A stretch of 64,000 bases of DNA from contig NC_134032.1 in the NCBI RefSeq assembly GCF_964204645.1, positions 4,116,175 to 4,180,174 of the forward strand, read 5' to 3'. The position numbers were made by a program, and so were the translations under genes. This document shows positions 36,704 through 49,232 of this stretch, one piece after another. The stretch's first letter is position 1. The number at the start of each line of letters is the position of its first letter. Under the pieces are notes generated by a model, which saw nothing but the letters and a program-made list of their open reading frames with translations, did not search any database and was not told the origin of the DNA. Source of the stretch: Tubulanus polymorphus. Taxonomy: Eukaryota > Animalia > Nemertea.

Positions 36704-38285
36704 TATTTCTAGGCTTCAAAATGAAGTTTGAAGTTTCAAGAGGAAAAACGTTTCAGACTTGAAAGGAGAGGGATGAAAAACACACAAAAAACTCATTAAT
36801 GGCTTGCAGCACTTTGCTTCAGACTACAAAGTACGCTCCCGTTCCTTCGGATACGCTTTTGAGAGGCATCCTAAGAATTCTCTGGTAGAATTCTCGAAGC
36901 AATCTTTTCAGTGGCTTTTTTTCTAACATTCCTGAAAGCCGGGAGGGCACATTTGATTTTTCAAGGGGGTGGACTGGTCCACCCCCCTAGATCTGCCCTT
37001 GTAGTGAGAGGTCCTCCGTTGTTTGTGTAAGTCCTTGCACTCCATTTTCTCGTGTCCAACTGTACTAGTGAGAGGTCCTCAGTGTAAGTAATTGCACGTT
37101 ATTTTCACTTGTCCTAGTATACAAGTGAGAGGTCTTCAGTTGTTTGTGCAAGTCCCGGCACTATATTTGCTTTTGTCGTAATACACTAAACCGTGTACAA
37201 ATCGGATCCTTTGGGATCATTTTGAGCGATATTTTGAATGAGTTAACCTTTCATTCAAAGAATTTCCGTACGACATACATGGCTGCTTCTATGTGTATTT
37301 CTTTTATTAACATCTCACTAATAGCGCGGGAAATGTTTTAAGCATATCAGGGGCAGATCTATAAATTTTTAAAATTTCAATGGGTTCTTGGGGCATCTGA
37401 GTCCCATTTTGCGAAAATATTTTCTGGCCCCGACGCAGTTCACGGGACCGTGACTTCGAGAAAAATCGAATCCTAACCTAACCCCCCTCCAAATTTTTTA
37501 ATGCAAATTTGAACGAATCAGAAGAACCACCTTGGTAATTATTGGTCCGTCATATGTCGGACCAACCGCACCGGTAGCTGCGCAGCCGTCTATATTCACC
37601 CCACAGACAGTCAGTCTATCATCCTTTAAAAAAATGATCGTCGAAATCCTCACATGAAAAAGCGAATAAGCGGTAAGAGTGAATAGGTTTCTGAACAGGA
37701 ATTGTTTATCTTCTTGTACATCAAGTAAAACTCCCAATCAATCAGCTTACTTCAAAAGATAAAACAAAGATGTAGACAATAAGATAAATACCGACTATAT
37801 ACAGATAAAACGTTTTAAAATCGAAAATGTATTCAAATCAAACATTTACCATAGAAGCTTAACCTGTTCTCCCCTATAAATATCTAGTAAACATTTTGAA
37901 AAGTAGAGTTGCAGTAAGAACCAGATAGGCCGTCTAAGTCTTGAGACTCGATCTGTTACAACCGATCAGAGCCGAACTGCGAGTCTTTAGCTCCGGATAT
38001 AATCGCATAAAGGCTGACCAGCGAGTCCTTGGACATAGTAAAATAAATATTCACGGCACATCATCGAACATGTACTAGTAAGTATCTCCTCGTCTGGATT
38101 CTGATTTAAAAAGACGTTCGTCAAAGGACAGCTTTCCTTATAATCACTTCATAAAGCTTTCGTTTCAGGTCCTCAGTTGTAAAAGTAACTCTTTCCACTA
38201 TATTTGCTCTTCTCCCACATACTTATGAGAGGTCCTCAGGTGGCTGTGTAGTACGTCCTTACACTAAATTTGCTCTTGTCCTACC

Positions 38286-38403
38286 ACAGTGGAACCTCGT
38301 TACAGCGAACCTCACGGGACCAGAAAATCAAAATTCTATATTTGTTATATCCGATGAATCATTGTCTGACAGAGTTTTCGTTATAACGACCGAGGTCCCA
38401 CTG
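38286..38403. mobile_element. Tigger-type mini MITE
   Basis: cagtggaacctcgttac ... gttataacgaccgaggtcccactg|ta. Confidence 0.7.
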
Positions 38404-38909
38404 TATACTAGTGAGGGTACTCAGTCCTTGCGCTCTAGTTTTGGTCTCCACCTTGCAATTAGTGGCGAGAAGTCCTCAGTTGTTTGTGTAACTCATTGTA
38501 CCGTATAGTAGAACTCACTATATTCGGATGAGAAGGGACTGCCCAGATTTCACCGAATTAAGTATTTTCTGAATTATGAATGCTGGTTTACAAGATTCCC
38601 GGATGGACCAAATATTTCAATGTTTCTGAAAATTCAAAGATCCGAATTGAGAGAGTTCTACTGGACTATACTAGTGAGAGGTCGTCGGTTGTTTGTGTAT
38701 GTTCATGCACTACTTAATCTATTCCCACCTGCCGAGAGGTCATCAGTCGCTTGTGAAAATCCTTGCACAGCGCAAGTCCTTCCACAAACCACCAAGAACC
38801 TCTTACTAGAATGAATAATACGAAATACAAACATCACAAATAACGTAATTACTATTTATTAGTCGACTAAAATACAACAGTTTCGATTTCTTGTTTCTTA
38901 TTAATACCG

Positions 38910-41900
38910 TTATAATTTTTTGAACATGTTCTTAACTTTAAATTTGATATGTGACCAGGTTCGCCTTTGAAGAACTGGTTCAGCTGACTTCGCCTTTAGG
39001 CAATCACCTTTATTCGGGCATCTGCGAAGACGGATAAGCTTTCCCAATTGCCTTTCAACAGCTTCCGTTTCTGCATCGGTCCAGGGAATTCTTTCAGAAC
39101 CTAAGTGTTATGAATATTAGATTGCAATTAGAGCAAGGTACAAACACATATTTACTTCACATTTTCTGGCATTTTCTATAACTTTTTATGGAAAACGTTT
39201 TTTACCTTTCTTCTTTTTCACAGGGGGTTCATAATCACCATCATCATTGTCATCAAAGTCTTCGATGCCATATTGCACTGAAAATAATGAATAACTAGGA
39301 TAATGCCCACTGTGCGAATATAGACACTCTCAATATTCAACATCTCAATGAACCAATACAGTATGTACAGCCGATGACCTTAAAACTGAGCACACAAAGA
39401 ATTTGTAATGAGATACAGTTTTTTATGGTGGCAGATTTGGGCCATACTAAAAGATTTTTCTCTACAGATATATCGATATACATGTGTATATACATAAATA
39501 TAAAGTTTATTTTTGGACCAAACGATTCTATCAAGCCCACGAGCTCATTTTTGCAGGATATGGCTTAAGTTTCAAATCCTGAATATGTAACAATCTAGCT
39601 CAAATAAATCCACATGCGTAATGAAGCTTACCTCCACTGGACGAAGATGCTGGAGTCAGTTTGTTTCCTTCTTCGTCATCGTGATCCTCTTCGTCAATTT
39701 CACTTTCACTGGATACTTCTGTTAATGGAGTTCAAATGCAAACTTTATGTAAAATGAGTATACTATATAATATTGTAAGTAATAATACAGGACTCCAAAA
39801 ACTTTCAAATGAATCAATTATAAGGTGTTGTCTTGATACATCTGTGTTGGAAAAATATAAGACCGAATATTTTGCAATGATACAAATCTTAAATATTAGT
39901 ATTCCTTATCCAAAATTGCAGAGACAAAATAGTATGGAATAAGAAGACAATGAAATGCATTTCAAGTATTTACATTCTTTTCAGGTACGTAACAGAATCT
40001 TAACATCAGAATCGTTAGTATCTATGTACATGTATATATTGAGGACAAATGCATTTCATTGACTGCAGGATAGAATGCAGAAATCTTACCATCTTTATCA
40101 TCAAGCTCTATCTCATCCAATGACTGTCCCTTGTACTTATGAATTGTACCTTTTTCAATTGTTAACAGTATTTTTGACACTTTGGCCATCTGGAGGGTAT
40201 CTTGAGGGAGTCGGTAGAAATTTCGATGAACGTTGATGTCATGTCCCATGAAACCAGCCAGTAAGTCCAATTCATTCTTTTTCAAGTTTAACAATTGACA
40301 AAGAGTTGCAACATGTTTTCTTAAGGATGTTGACGTGATATTTTGTGGAAACTAAGCTCCACTTTCTTTGGCAATGTTTCGAAGAGTATCACTGCTTCTA
40401 TACGGAGTACTAGTTTCTTTCAAAGTGGCTCGAGCGAATACAAAAGGATTTTCTGAAGATACAATTTCATTCCTGTATTCCAATAGAAGATCAATATAGC
40501 TTTTCATCTTTTCGGTCAATAATACTGGTACAATTCTATCTTTTTTGCCAATTATTTCAATCCTCAGCAGACTTTTGCACAACTTCTGTTCAAACACTGA
40601 AAGGCTTTTGAGTACTGTATCACTGAAGTCCCGTTTATTTTGATTAAGTTTTGCATCATTATATGTTTCAATCAAAAGACGTGAAGCCTCTCCCCCTCTT
40701 CTACGATTGAATAGTACAACGGCAGTAAGGGTTAATTGGCACAATTTGCCCCAGTCATCCCTGGTGAAATTGTTTTCCTTCAGCATTTTTGCTATCTTCT
40801 CCATATTTTCATTCAGATAATCTTGAAGTTGTTTCACATCTGACGCTAATGGAACGAGTTTGGGTTTGTTTAGCTTATCATGTTTTAAAGTCCTAAGGGC
40901 ATGAGATGATATCTCATCAGACCATTCGTATTCCAGCAATCTTTTTAATTCTCCAACTAACTTGATCGTTTGGTCATCTGAACACTGTATAGACTCGCTT
41001 TCGACTATACTACAACATTTTTTAAGTGAATGCCCAATTTTCAGAGCCAATGAAGGTACTTTGAATTTATGACTAACATTATCGAATCCACATACCATTC
41101 GGACGGCTTCTAAGATATATGAGTATTTTGTTGGAGAAAGGCAATCACGCAAGGAAACGATAGTACTATATTCTTTCCGAGCCTCAATCAAGAACCGTGA
41201 CAATTCCCTCATCTTCTGCGATATGTAAACATGAAGATGAGACTTATGGCCCAGTTTTTGATAAAGCTTACTTCCAAACTTACAAATTAAATCGTCACTC
41301 AGTATTACTTTTGTTGCTCTATCTTGTACCATCTTTGTCATGACATTAGATTTGAGGCCTTCACTGACTGAATCAGGAATTGGTAATAACATTGCACTAC
41401 TAGCTTGAACATGACAATCTTTCTCAACGCAGTACGCACAATTTTTCTGATGCTTCCATAGTAACGATTTCATGAACCATCCGTAACAAAACTTGCAGGG
41501 AAGATATTCCTCATGTGATTCTGGATTGGATGGCCGGTGCACAGGAATAATAACACCCTTTCCTTTCTTCATTACATCACAATTATGATAGTGATTTCCT
41601 TTGTTGACTAACAACTGCATTTGAGCTCCCTTTTCTTTAGACTTTTTAGGAAATGACAAGAATTCAAGTACTTCTTTTTCAGAGCCATGAACTTGTTCTA
41701 GATGACGTGTGATTTTGGAGTAAGGCTTGTGACAATAAACACAGAAATTCTGCTTATCCCAAACCCTTTTTTCTCGCGTGTTAGACGAAGTAGCGACAAC
41801 GATTTCTGCAATTCTTTCGGGGTCTTCTTGTGAATGAATTGATTTAGATGTTTTTTGGATAGCCTTTTTACTCGAGTTCTTTTCACCATTCATGGAGTTC

Positions 41901-41944
41901 TCAGACTCTGCTCCAGAAATTGGGTCATAATCTGGATCGTTATC
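38910..41944 (-). pseudogene. Spliced tyrosine-recombinase gene of a Crypton-like DNA transposon; single in-frame TAG at 40352-40354
   Basis: Exons 40090-41944, 39632-39718, 39206-39277 and 38910-39100 are phase compatible. N-terminal Cys/His fingers (CVYC..RHLEQVH, CKFC..KHQKNC), YR catalytic motifs (FNRRRGGE, IIGKKDR, TSTSLRK, FMGH, HRNFYRL), and a C-terminal WTDAETEAV...RTWSHIKFKVKN helix bundle. Upstream exons (e.g. 43498-43551) are uncertain. Confidence 0.82.
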
Positions 41945-43629
41945 CTTAAAAAAGAAGACTTGAATGTAAATAATACACATCTGTACATTAGATAATAAGG
42001 GTTCTTTCTATGCATAAGCTATATGTATCATAAAACACTCCTCATCAAGAGAATTTTCAAGAGCCCCAATATTAACATTTCAAATAGTTTGATTATAACA
42101 AAAATACAAATATTGATAAGGTCAACCCGAGTAAAAAAAAACTATATTGGTTCATTTTAATGTTTTTTTTTGTGGTATTCAAAATTCAATTTCAAGAATA
42201 TCATTCATCATTTAGAATTAAATTTGCATCTATAATGACTTGATTAATTCATCCCATCTTAAGCCATGTAAGTGCTGATTCGGTATAAATAAATTAGCTC
42301 CATTTTAAGTAATAGCCGCAATCCTACAGAGATTTGGCCCGGGCCAAATTGGCGGTACAGAAGAGGCCCTAATTAGAGAGCGCACTCACACGTAAACCAC
42401 TCATAATTCCTTGATATTTCCCTGTTCCTGATCTCAAATTCCCGGATTTGAAATCCTGATTTCTCCAAAAAATGTATTGGTCAAGTATCGGAGTTTCCTG
42501 AGATATACATCTGTGTTTCAGATGATTCATCATCACGAGGCCTATGCATGAAATTGAAAGGTTCAAGACCAAGAATATTCAGAATTCCCTGATAATTCCA
42601 GGATTTCCATGAGAAAATGGCCAGGACCCGGTTCCACAGTTCCGAATTAAGATTAAACTCTGAGTTAAAGCATTGAAAATTAACTAATTTTAACTCTAAT
42701 TCACAACTGTGGAACCAGGTCCAGATTTGCTGATTTCCCTGCAGGGAATTTGAAATCCTAAATTCCCTGATATTCCCTAATCTGCAGGAACCTTGCAGTT
42801 GATACTAAAGACCGCAACTAAACAATGCTCAAAGCGAAGTGAGTCACTTCCGGAACCTATAACAATTCACAGGCAATGATACGCATGGCCCGTGTGCTAA
42901 AATTTGACTCGAGCCTGGGAAATCATAGCTAATGTTATTCCCTTTAAATTTCTGTGTCGCATATGTACTCCGCGATCCCCATTTTCAATGAATAATTTTC
43001 TAATTAATCTTCTCTCAGGCAAGCGATTTCAAGGGCAGTGGTTTTAGAAGTCAATAGATAAAGAAAATTTTAGAAATTTTGTCCAAGTATGCAGTATTAC
43101 AATCTGTTCTGGGGAAAGCACAGTATATCTGCTTACATCAATGTTCTAATGTCTCCATGTGCAGTTCTCTCATTATCAAGCTCCTCCATTCAACAATGGT
43201 TCCTGGTTTTGTATTGCCTTCAAGTGTTTAATTGTAGCCACATTATTTTGAGTAGGCAATTTAAACATTCAGAAAGCAGCTATTATATAGTCTTTGTGCT
43301 TGCACCAGTTGAAAACCAGTAAACTTAGTTGATATGGATTATAATTAATTTGTAGAACTATGGATTATCTGTTATCCATACACAGTGTCCGCACATCACT
43401 ACATCCGTACTAAAAAGCTCAGTCCCGAGTTATAGGGAGTAACTAAGGTTGACTGTACTTAGTACATTTGCATGCCAAATAATAAAGCAAAACTTACACT
43501 TCCGGAAGAGATTGTTTCTGATAATTCATCAAGCAAGATAGTCTGTCGTTCCTTTGTTAACAAAATAAAAAATTTAAAAAAGAATTAGAATTGGGGCTAA
43601 AGATTTTGATTGAGATTTTAGTACTCTGA

Positions 43630-44200
43630 ATTTTATGTTGTGGTCATCTGAAATTGAGTTTTATTAGTTTGGAATGATCTCACTATGGTATAGACATTGG
43701 CTATTCCAGTCATCTTAAGTTTACACTGTGGTCCTCTGAAATTGTGTAAGTTAGTTTCTAGATTGAGATATAATAGACATTTGCTATTTCAGTCTTCATA
43801 AGTTTACACTGTAGTCCTCTGAAAGTGTGTAAGTTAGTTTAGATTGACTGTAAGAGACACTTGCTATTTCAGTCCTCAATACGTTTACACTGTGGTCCTC
43901 TGAAATTGTGTAAGTCAGTTTCTAGATTGAGATATAATAGACATTGGCTATTCCAGTCCTCTTAAGTTTACACTGTGGTCCTCTGAAATTGTGTAAGTTA
44001 GTTTCTAGATTGAGATATAATAGACATTTGCTATTTCAGTCTTCATAAGTTTACACTGTGGTCCTCTGAAAGTGTGTAAGTTAGTTTAGATTGACTGTAA
44101 GAGACACTTGCTATTTCAGTCCTCAATACGTTTACACTGTGGTCCTCTGAAATTGTGTAAGTTAGTTTCTAGATTGAGATATAATAGACATTTGCTATTT
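43630..44200. repeat. 81-83-bp tandem array with 247-bp higher-order period
   Basis: gtttacactg at 43719, 43802, 43883, 43966, 44049 and 44130 (spacings 83, 81, 83, 83, 81). Confidence 0.92.
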
Positions 44201-47200
44201 CATGTTATGTATTTTTCATTTCCGGGCTCTATCTCATGGATTGAAGATAATTTGGTGCCATTTTTGGATGGTTTATCTTAAAGACTAAGAGTAACTGATT
44301 ACATTTCGGGTCCTGTAGGTCGAAGGTCAAGGTCCCAGAACCTGTTTTGTATCATTCACGCTTGTCAGTGTAAACGCTATCTTAATTTTGGCATTGATTG
44401 CGATTAAATGTTCACGAATTGGTAAAGGTCGTTAATCAAAAAGAATCAAACACGTTAGAGTCAAACACGCTGCCAACACGTTAGAGTTACCGCACGCGCA
44501 TTGAGGATGTCGTTCGGCCTTGTAGCTCCATTTGTCACATCCGAATCATTCATATTTTTCGAAAGCCTGCAGTGGGCTGGGTTTTGAATAATCTATCTTT
44601 CGCGAACTCTGAAAATATCGGATATTGACTTATCGCTATGAAGCAGCCCTGGTTAGAAAGATGGAAGGAGAATGCGCTTTCAATGTATCATTTTCAATTG
44701 TTATGTCTCCACCATTCATCTGTGTATGCAAATTAGGCTCGCACTACACCATCGTCCCATCTAAAATTGATCATCTTTTTATCAATTGGTTTACGATTAT
44801 AGACGTCGTCGTCATGATGGTATAAACACTTCTGCGAGAAGTCTTGAATGTAATTGCCATTTTATAAGATTGGTAACAAGCACATATACTGTTCGCAAAC
44901 AAGTAATTTACACGACGGACAATCGAAGTTTTTAAAGCCCCCATTACATTTTGTTGTGTTGTACTGCGTGTCTCCAACACCGACGGGCAGACGAATTCAG
45001 ATGTGTGGACGGCCTCTATCACAGCATGTTACACTATCTCAGAAAATGTATTACCGAAGCCTAAAAATCAATCATTCATTAAATAAAGTTGAAATATTTT
45101 TTGTGGGCATCTGTTCCTAATGCAAACTAGCGACACGGTGCATCCTCACTTGCCACAAATGGAATTATAATATCACAAAACATGTGTAACCGGTTGGATC
45201 CCGGCTTGCCTCAATCGAAAGCCTCGATTTCTACAATAGAACGTGGTGTCACTTCGGTTCTCAGTGATAGTACGGCCTGGGTCAACCTCGAGCGAGTTGC
45301 AGATGGTGAACAGCGCACCACACGCCTTGAAATATAATCGTTGAACTGATACAGATAAACATAAACTGTCCAGGAAAGTCTCTGTCTTATCATCTGGGTC
45401 ATGGCACCTCACTTCCCGCAGGTGGTTATTTTTCGCAGTTAATGAGGGTATCTGCTTACATAGTAAGTGCTAATGCACAAACATATTTTACTACTGTTTG
45501 ACTGAGTAGAATCAGGGAAGTAATGAGATTACACCTCCCTGGTAGAATCGAAACACATCAACACAATACTAGTGACAAAATCCAGGAAGAAAGACACTAA
45601 ATATTTGGATGGATATATGAAAGCTGTGGGTACTGGAGTTTGTAATGGGTAGTGTAGTGTGATCTGTGTGCATTTGTGGCCAGCACACAAATCACATTGT
45701 TCAATGGGGTTTGGTCCAGGACTCGCGAGATTTTCAACAACACAAAAGTAACGTGTAATAAATGATGACTAGAATTGCATGACTACCTACCACCCCTCAT
45801 TATTGTTGGAAAACTAAACGTTCGGCACTGACTAAAAATTAGTAATAACATTTTAGAAATGGCCAGAATTTTAACTTAGGTTCTATCTTATTTTTATTAT
45901 ACAATTGCGATTGGTATAATTTTTTTTAAACGGCCGTTAAGGCTACTACGCACATTTCAGTGTTTTTGGCAGCTGTACACTCAATCGGCACCGTTCGTGA
46001 CTAGCTTCACTGCAGAATTATCATTAATTAACATCGCCATATCACATCATCAACTTATATTGTGCCTTAAAACCCTAACAGCCGAAATAATTGAAATGCA
46101 CACACGATTGCTATCATTGAAAATTGAGAGAGTGGCCATGTTTGTGTTTGCTGCTTCGCGTAAATCCCGCACGGTGGCGGAACCGCGCGGAGTGGGGCCG
46201 ATACGTCAAGATATCTTTCATTTTCATCGTCACAATTAATAAGACATTGAATCGACATATAATAATTAATTGATAACAATTTGATAGTTTTGATTTGATT
46301 TATCAAATTCATCTTTTATCAAAGGATTCATTTATCATTAAAATTATATAAACGATTTTATTCTATTTAGAACCGATATCAATCATAGCGAGTATAACTT
46401 AATTTTGGTTAAACAATTTTAAGTTTTATGTTTAAAAACCTAACCCGATTCAGTTTATTTATATGATATTCAAGTTTTTTGGCGTCACTTTTCGTGTGAT
46501 CGCGTCTTGATAAAAAACAATTGACTTGTGAAATCTGCAGAATCGACGAAGCTTCTTCAGAAATGTTTCTAGCTATCGTATCAACTCCGGCCACGAGGAT
46601 TTATAGGACCCCTAGCAACTTAAGGTGGTGTTCGAATCGCCGAAATAAATGTAAAACATAAATTTGCTATTGAGATGGAAGAACGATCCGACTAATAAAA
46701 TTAAATACGACGTAATTATTGACTGTTTAACTCGTAGTTACGTTGCTCCGCTGGAATTTACGCCAAAGTAAGTGACGATTCTGCCAGTTCGATAAGATAT
46801 TAGACAAACAGGTAACAGAATAACATTCTAACGAACGACGAATTCACCAACGTGCTTTAAAACGATAAATAATTTCACTATAGCGGTAAAAATGTCCCGT
46901 CATTAAATTTTATTCATCATTATATTCAACTGCCGCGATTTGGTAATTCAGCGAAAGTTCAAACACATCTGGCTCTCACCAGTTCTACACAGTACCATAA
47001 TGACGATTCAAAAAAACTTTTTTCATATATCTTTGAAATCATTTTGATCATGTTCTCTATCTTAGTTATATTTCACTGATTCCATGGATGTTTTTTTGAT
47101 AAAAATTCCTCCAGTAATAACGGATTTGAACATAAAATCCGTATTTTCAATATATCAATTTTTGTTCAATTTCTATGAAATTTTGACAAAAACATTGCTG

Positions 47201-48272
47201 ATAGGAGCTTAGATGGTATTGAAATATTCAGTTTTATACAATTTTTAGGTAAAAAGTTTTCTGACCCCCAAAGTATGCACTAGAGCTGCACCTGTTTGGT
47301 TTTTGGTTTTATGACTCAAGGTTACTGTGTGAAGTTTGTTGCACCGCTTGTGTCCCGGTACTATGTAGAGTATTTCCAGGCAGTTCGCGCGAGCTACCGT
47401 ATGTAGGCCAGCTCTCGGTGACCTTTCTCTCCCTGCAACCAGGAAATTTCACGTTATTGATACGGAATCACTAAAATTACTAATATAGCGGGATTTTATA
47501 CGAATAAGATTTCAACTCTTCCATTTCTTCAAGATTTCAATCTTAATGTAGAAAAACCGGGAATTCATAAACCAATCATCTGTTCAGTTATGGTTCTGTC
47601 AGTAAATAGCCATTTCGAGGCTAAAGTACTGAATTAATCATTCCGACCTACATATTTTTCCAGGATCTTTTAGAATAGTGTAGGTTGGAGCATTGGAAAC
47701 ATAAATCAACTCGTGAACTTTAATAGGAAAATCCCGCTCATTTTTTTCTGAGCGACGGAAGTTTTCGGGATAGATTTTTGCAGCGCAAATGATGATCTAT
47801 CTGAAAACAAATTACATACACAGATAGCCCAAAATCTTCTTCTTTCCATAAAGCAAGAATTAAGAGAATCGGATGAATAATAACGAAGTTACGACCATTT
47901 TAAATAGACAAGACGCGCTCTGCAGCGCACTATACATTGACCCGCGCCGTACCTACTATCACTGAGTTTTTTGTGCGTATTTCAGAAGTTTTCCCGTCAA
48001 GCTCGATGCATTTCCAACTGTGTGATTTTGAACCATTTAATTCGTTGCTTCAAACGATAAACTGTTCACGAATCTCAGTGTATTGTGTTCGATATCTGAG
48101 AATTGATTTTTGATTTATGCGTCAAATTTGGAGTTAATTTTATTTCGTGGCTGAACAATTGTTGAATGGCTGCTTTCATTCAACAGATTGTATCAATATA
48201 TAGATGCGTATTTCTTATAATTCACTTGAATAGACGACAATTCGTGCATCTAAACGAAGCATCCAATCAATA

Positions 48273-49232
48273 ATGAATTCTACTCTCATGCAGATTGCGA
48301 GACCTTATAACAGCTATATCGCTATCTTGTCTGTGGTGAACAAGTCTGGTATCTACCGTACCGCGTCACTGGTCATTCTGCCTATCTTTCTACTGTTAGG
48401 CGTTTTTGGAAATTCGGCAACTTTCCTGATAATGATAAGTCACAGATTCCGCAGTTTATCTTACGCTAACTATCTGATCGTTTTGTCAATCAGTGATTTT
48501 GTGGTTGTCGTCAGTTTAAGTCTGATGCCTGTTTTACAGTTTGTTTTCGGGCATCTTCACATAAGTGCTATCGACGCTACGCTCTTGATAAATTCACTGA
48601 TCAGCTGTCAAATATATGAATTTGTCATATCACTTTTGATTGCCTGCAGTTCATGGTTCATAGTAGCGATATCTATTGAACGTGCGGCAGTTGTGCTCTT
48701 CCCATTCACATCTCGTTTGATATGTACTCCTGGATTCGCCCGATGCGTCATTGTTATCATTTTCATCATAAATATTTTAGTTGCTGGTATTTCCCAAGCC
48801 GTATTAATTAAGTTTTCGGAAAAAATTACCGGATGCTACTTAGAAATATCTAACCAAGCCGAAATTTTCACCACATTTGTCATTCATGTTTATTTTCTGC
48901 CTTTAACGGTGATCATCGTATCAAATTCTGTTATAATAATTCAGTTATTCAAAGGTACGAAAATGGTGTCGTCTGACAAGAAAACTAGAAAAGCAAAACG
49001 TACAACAATTATGCTTGTAACAGTTTCACTCGCATTTGCAATATTCACTCTTCCAACCTCTATTACAGCATTCCAAACAATGCCTGTGGACCAAAAACAA
49101 TTAATGTTAGACATCTGCACCCATATCCAAATTTGTAACTATGTCGTTAATTTCTACATTTATCTTTTACTGGGACGAGAAATTCGTGAATATTTCTGTG
49201 CAGTTATTTCCTGTAGAAACTTGTCGAAATGA
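48273..49232 (+). CDS. Intronless class A (rhodopsin-like) GPCR, peptide-receptor/chemoreceptor-like orphan
   Basis: 319 aa with seven hydrophobic segments. TM1 GN, TM2 LSISD, TM3 ISIERA followed by LFP, TM6 FTLP, TM7 NYVVNFYIY, and the TM3/ECL2 cysteines. Confidence 0.92.
   Translation: MNSTLMQIARPYNSYIAILSVVNKSGIYRTASLVILPIFLLLGVFGNSATFLIMISHRFRSLSYANYLIVLSISDFVVVVSLSLMPVLQFVFGHLHISAIDATLLINSLISCQIYEFVISLLIACSSWFIVAISIERAAVVLFPFTSRLICTPGFARCVIVIIFIINILVAGISQAVLIKFSEKITGCYLEISNQAEIFTTFVIHVYFLPLTVIIVSNSVIIIQLFKGTKMVSSDKKTRKAKRTTIMLVTVSLAFAIFTLPTSITAFQTMPVDQKQLMLDICTHIQICNYVVNFYIYLLLGREIREYFCAVISCRNLSK

Larger units (their letters stand above)
33470..38790. repeat. 63-bp repeat family in four blocks (~33470-33805, 35700-35980, 37000-37190, 38165-38790), split by nested insertions
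   Basis: Unit gagaggtcctcagttgtttgtgtaagtccttgcactctatttgctcttgtcctactatactagt. ctgaggac recurs at 33543, 33606 and 33669. The first block is mostly inverted relative to the others. Confidence 0.85.

Noticed and set aside
40352-40354. Programmed stop-codon readthrough in the YR gene
   Set aside because: A single nonsense mutation in an ageing TE copy is simpler. It would need the same TAG in many copies.
44771-45420. Cys-containing segments faintly like Sushi/CCP exons (TFYCRNRGFRL)
   Set aside because: Stops are present, there is no consistent splice phase, and the motif match is too weak to call.
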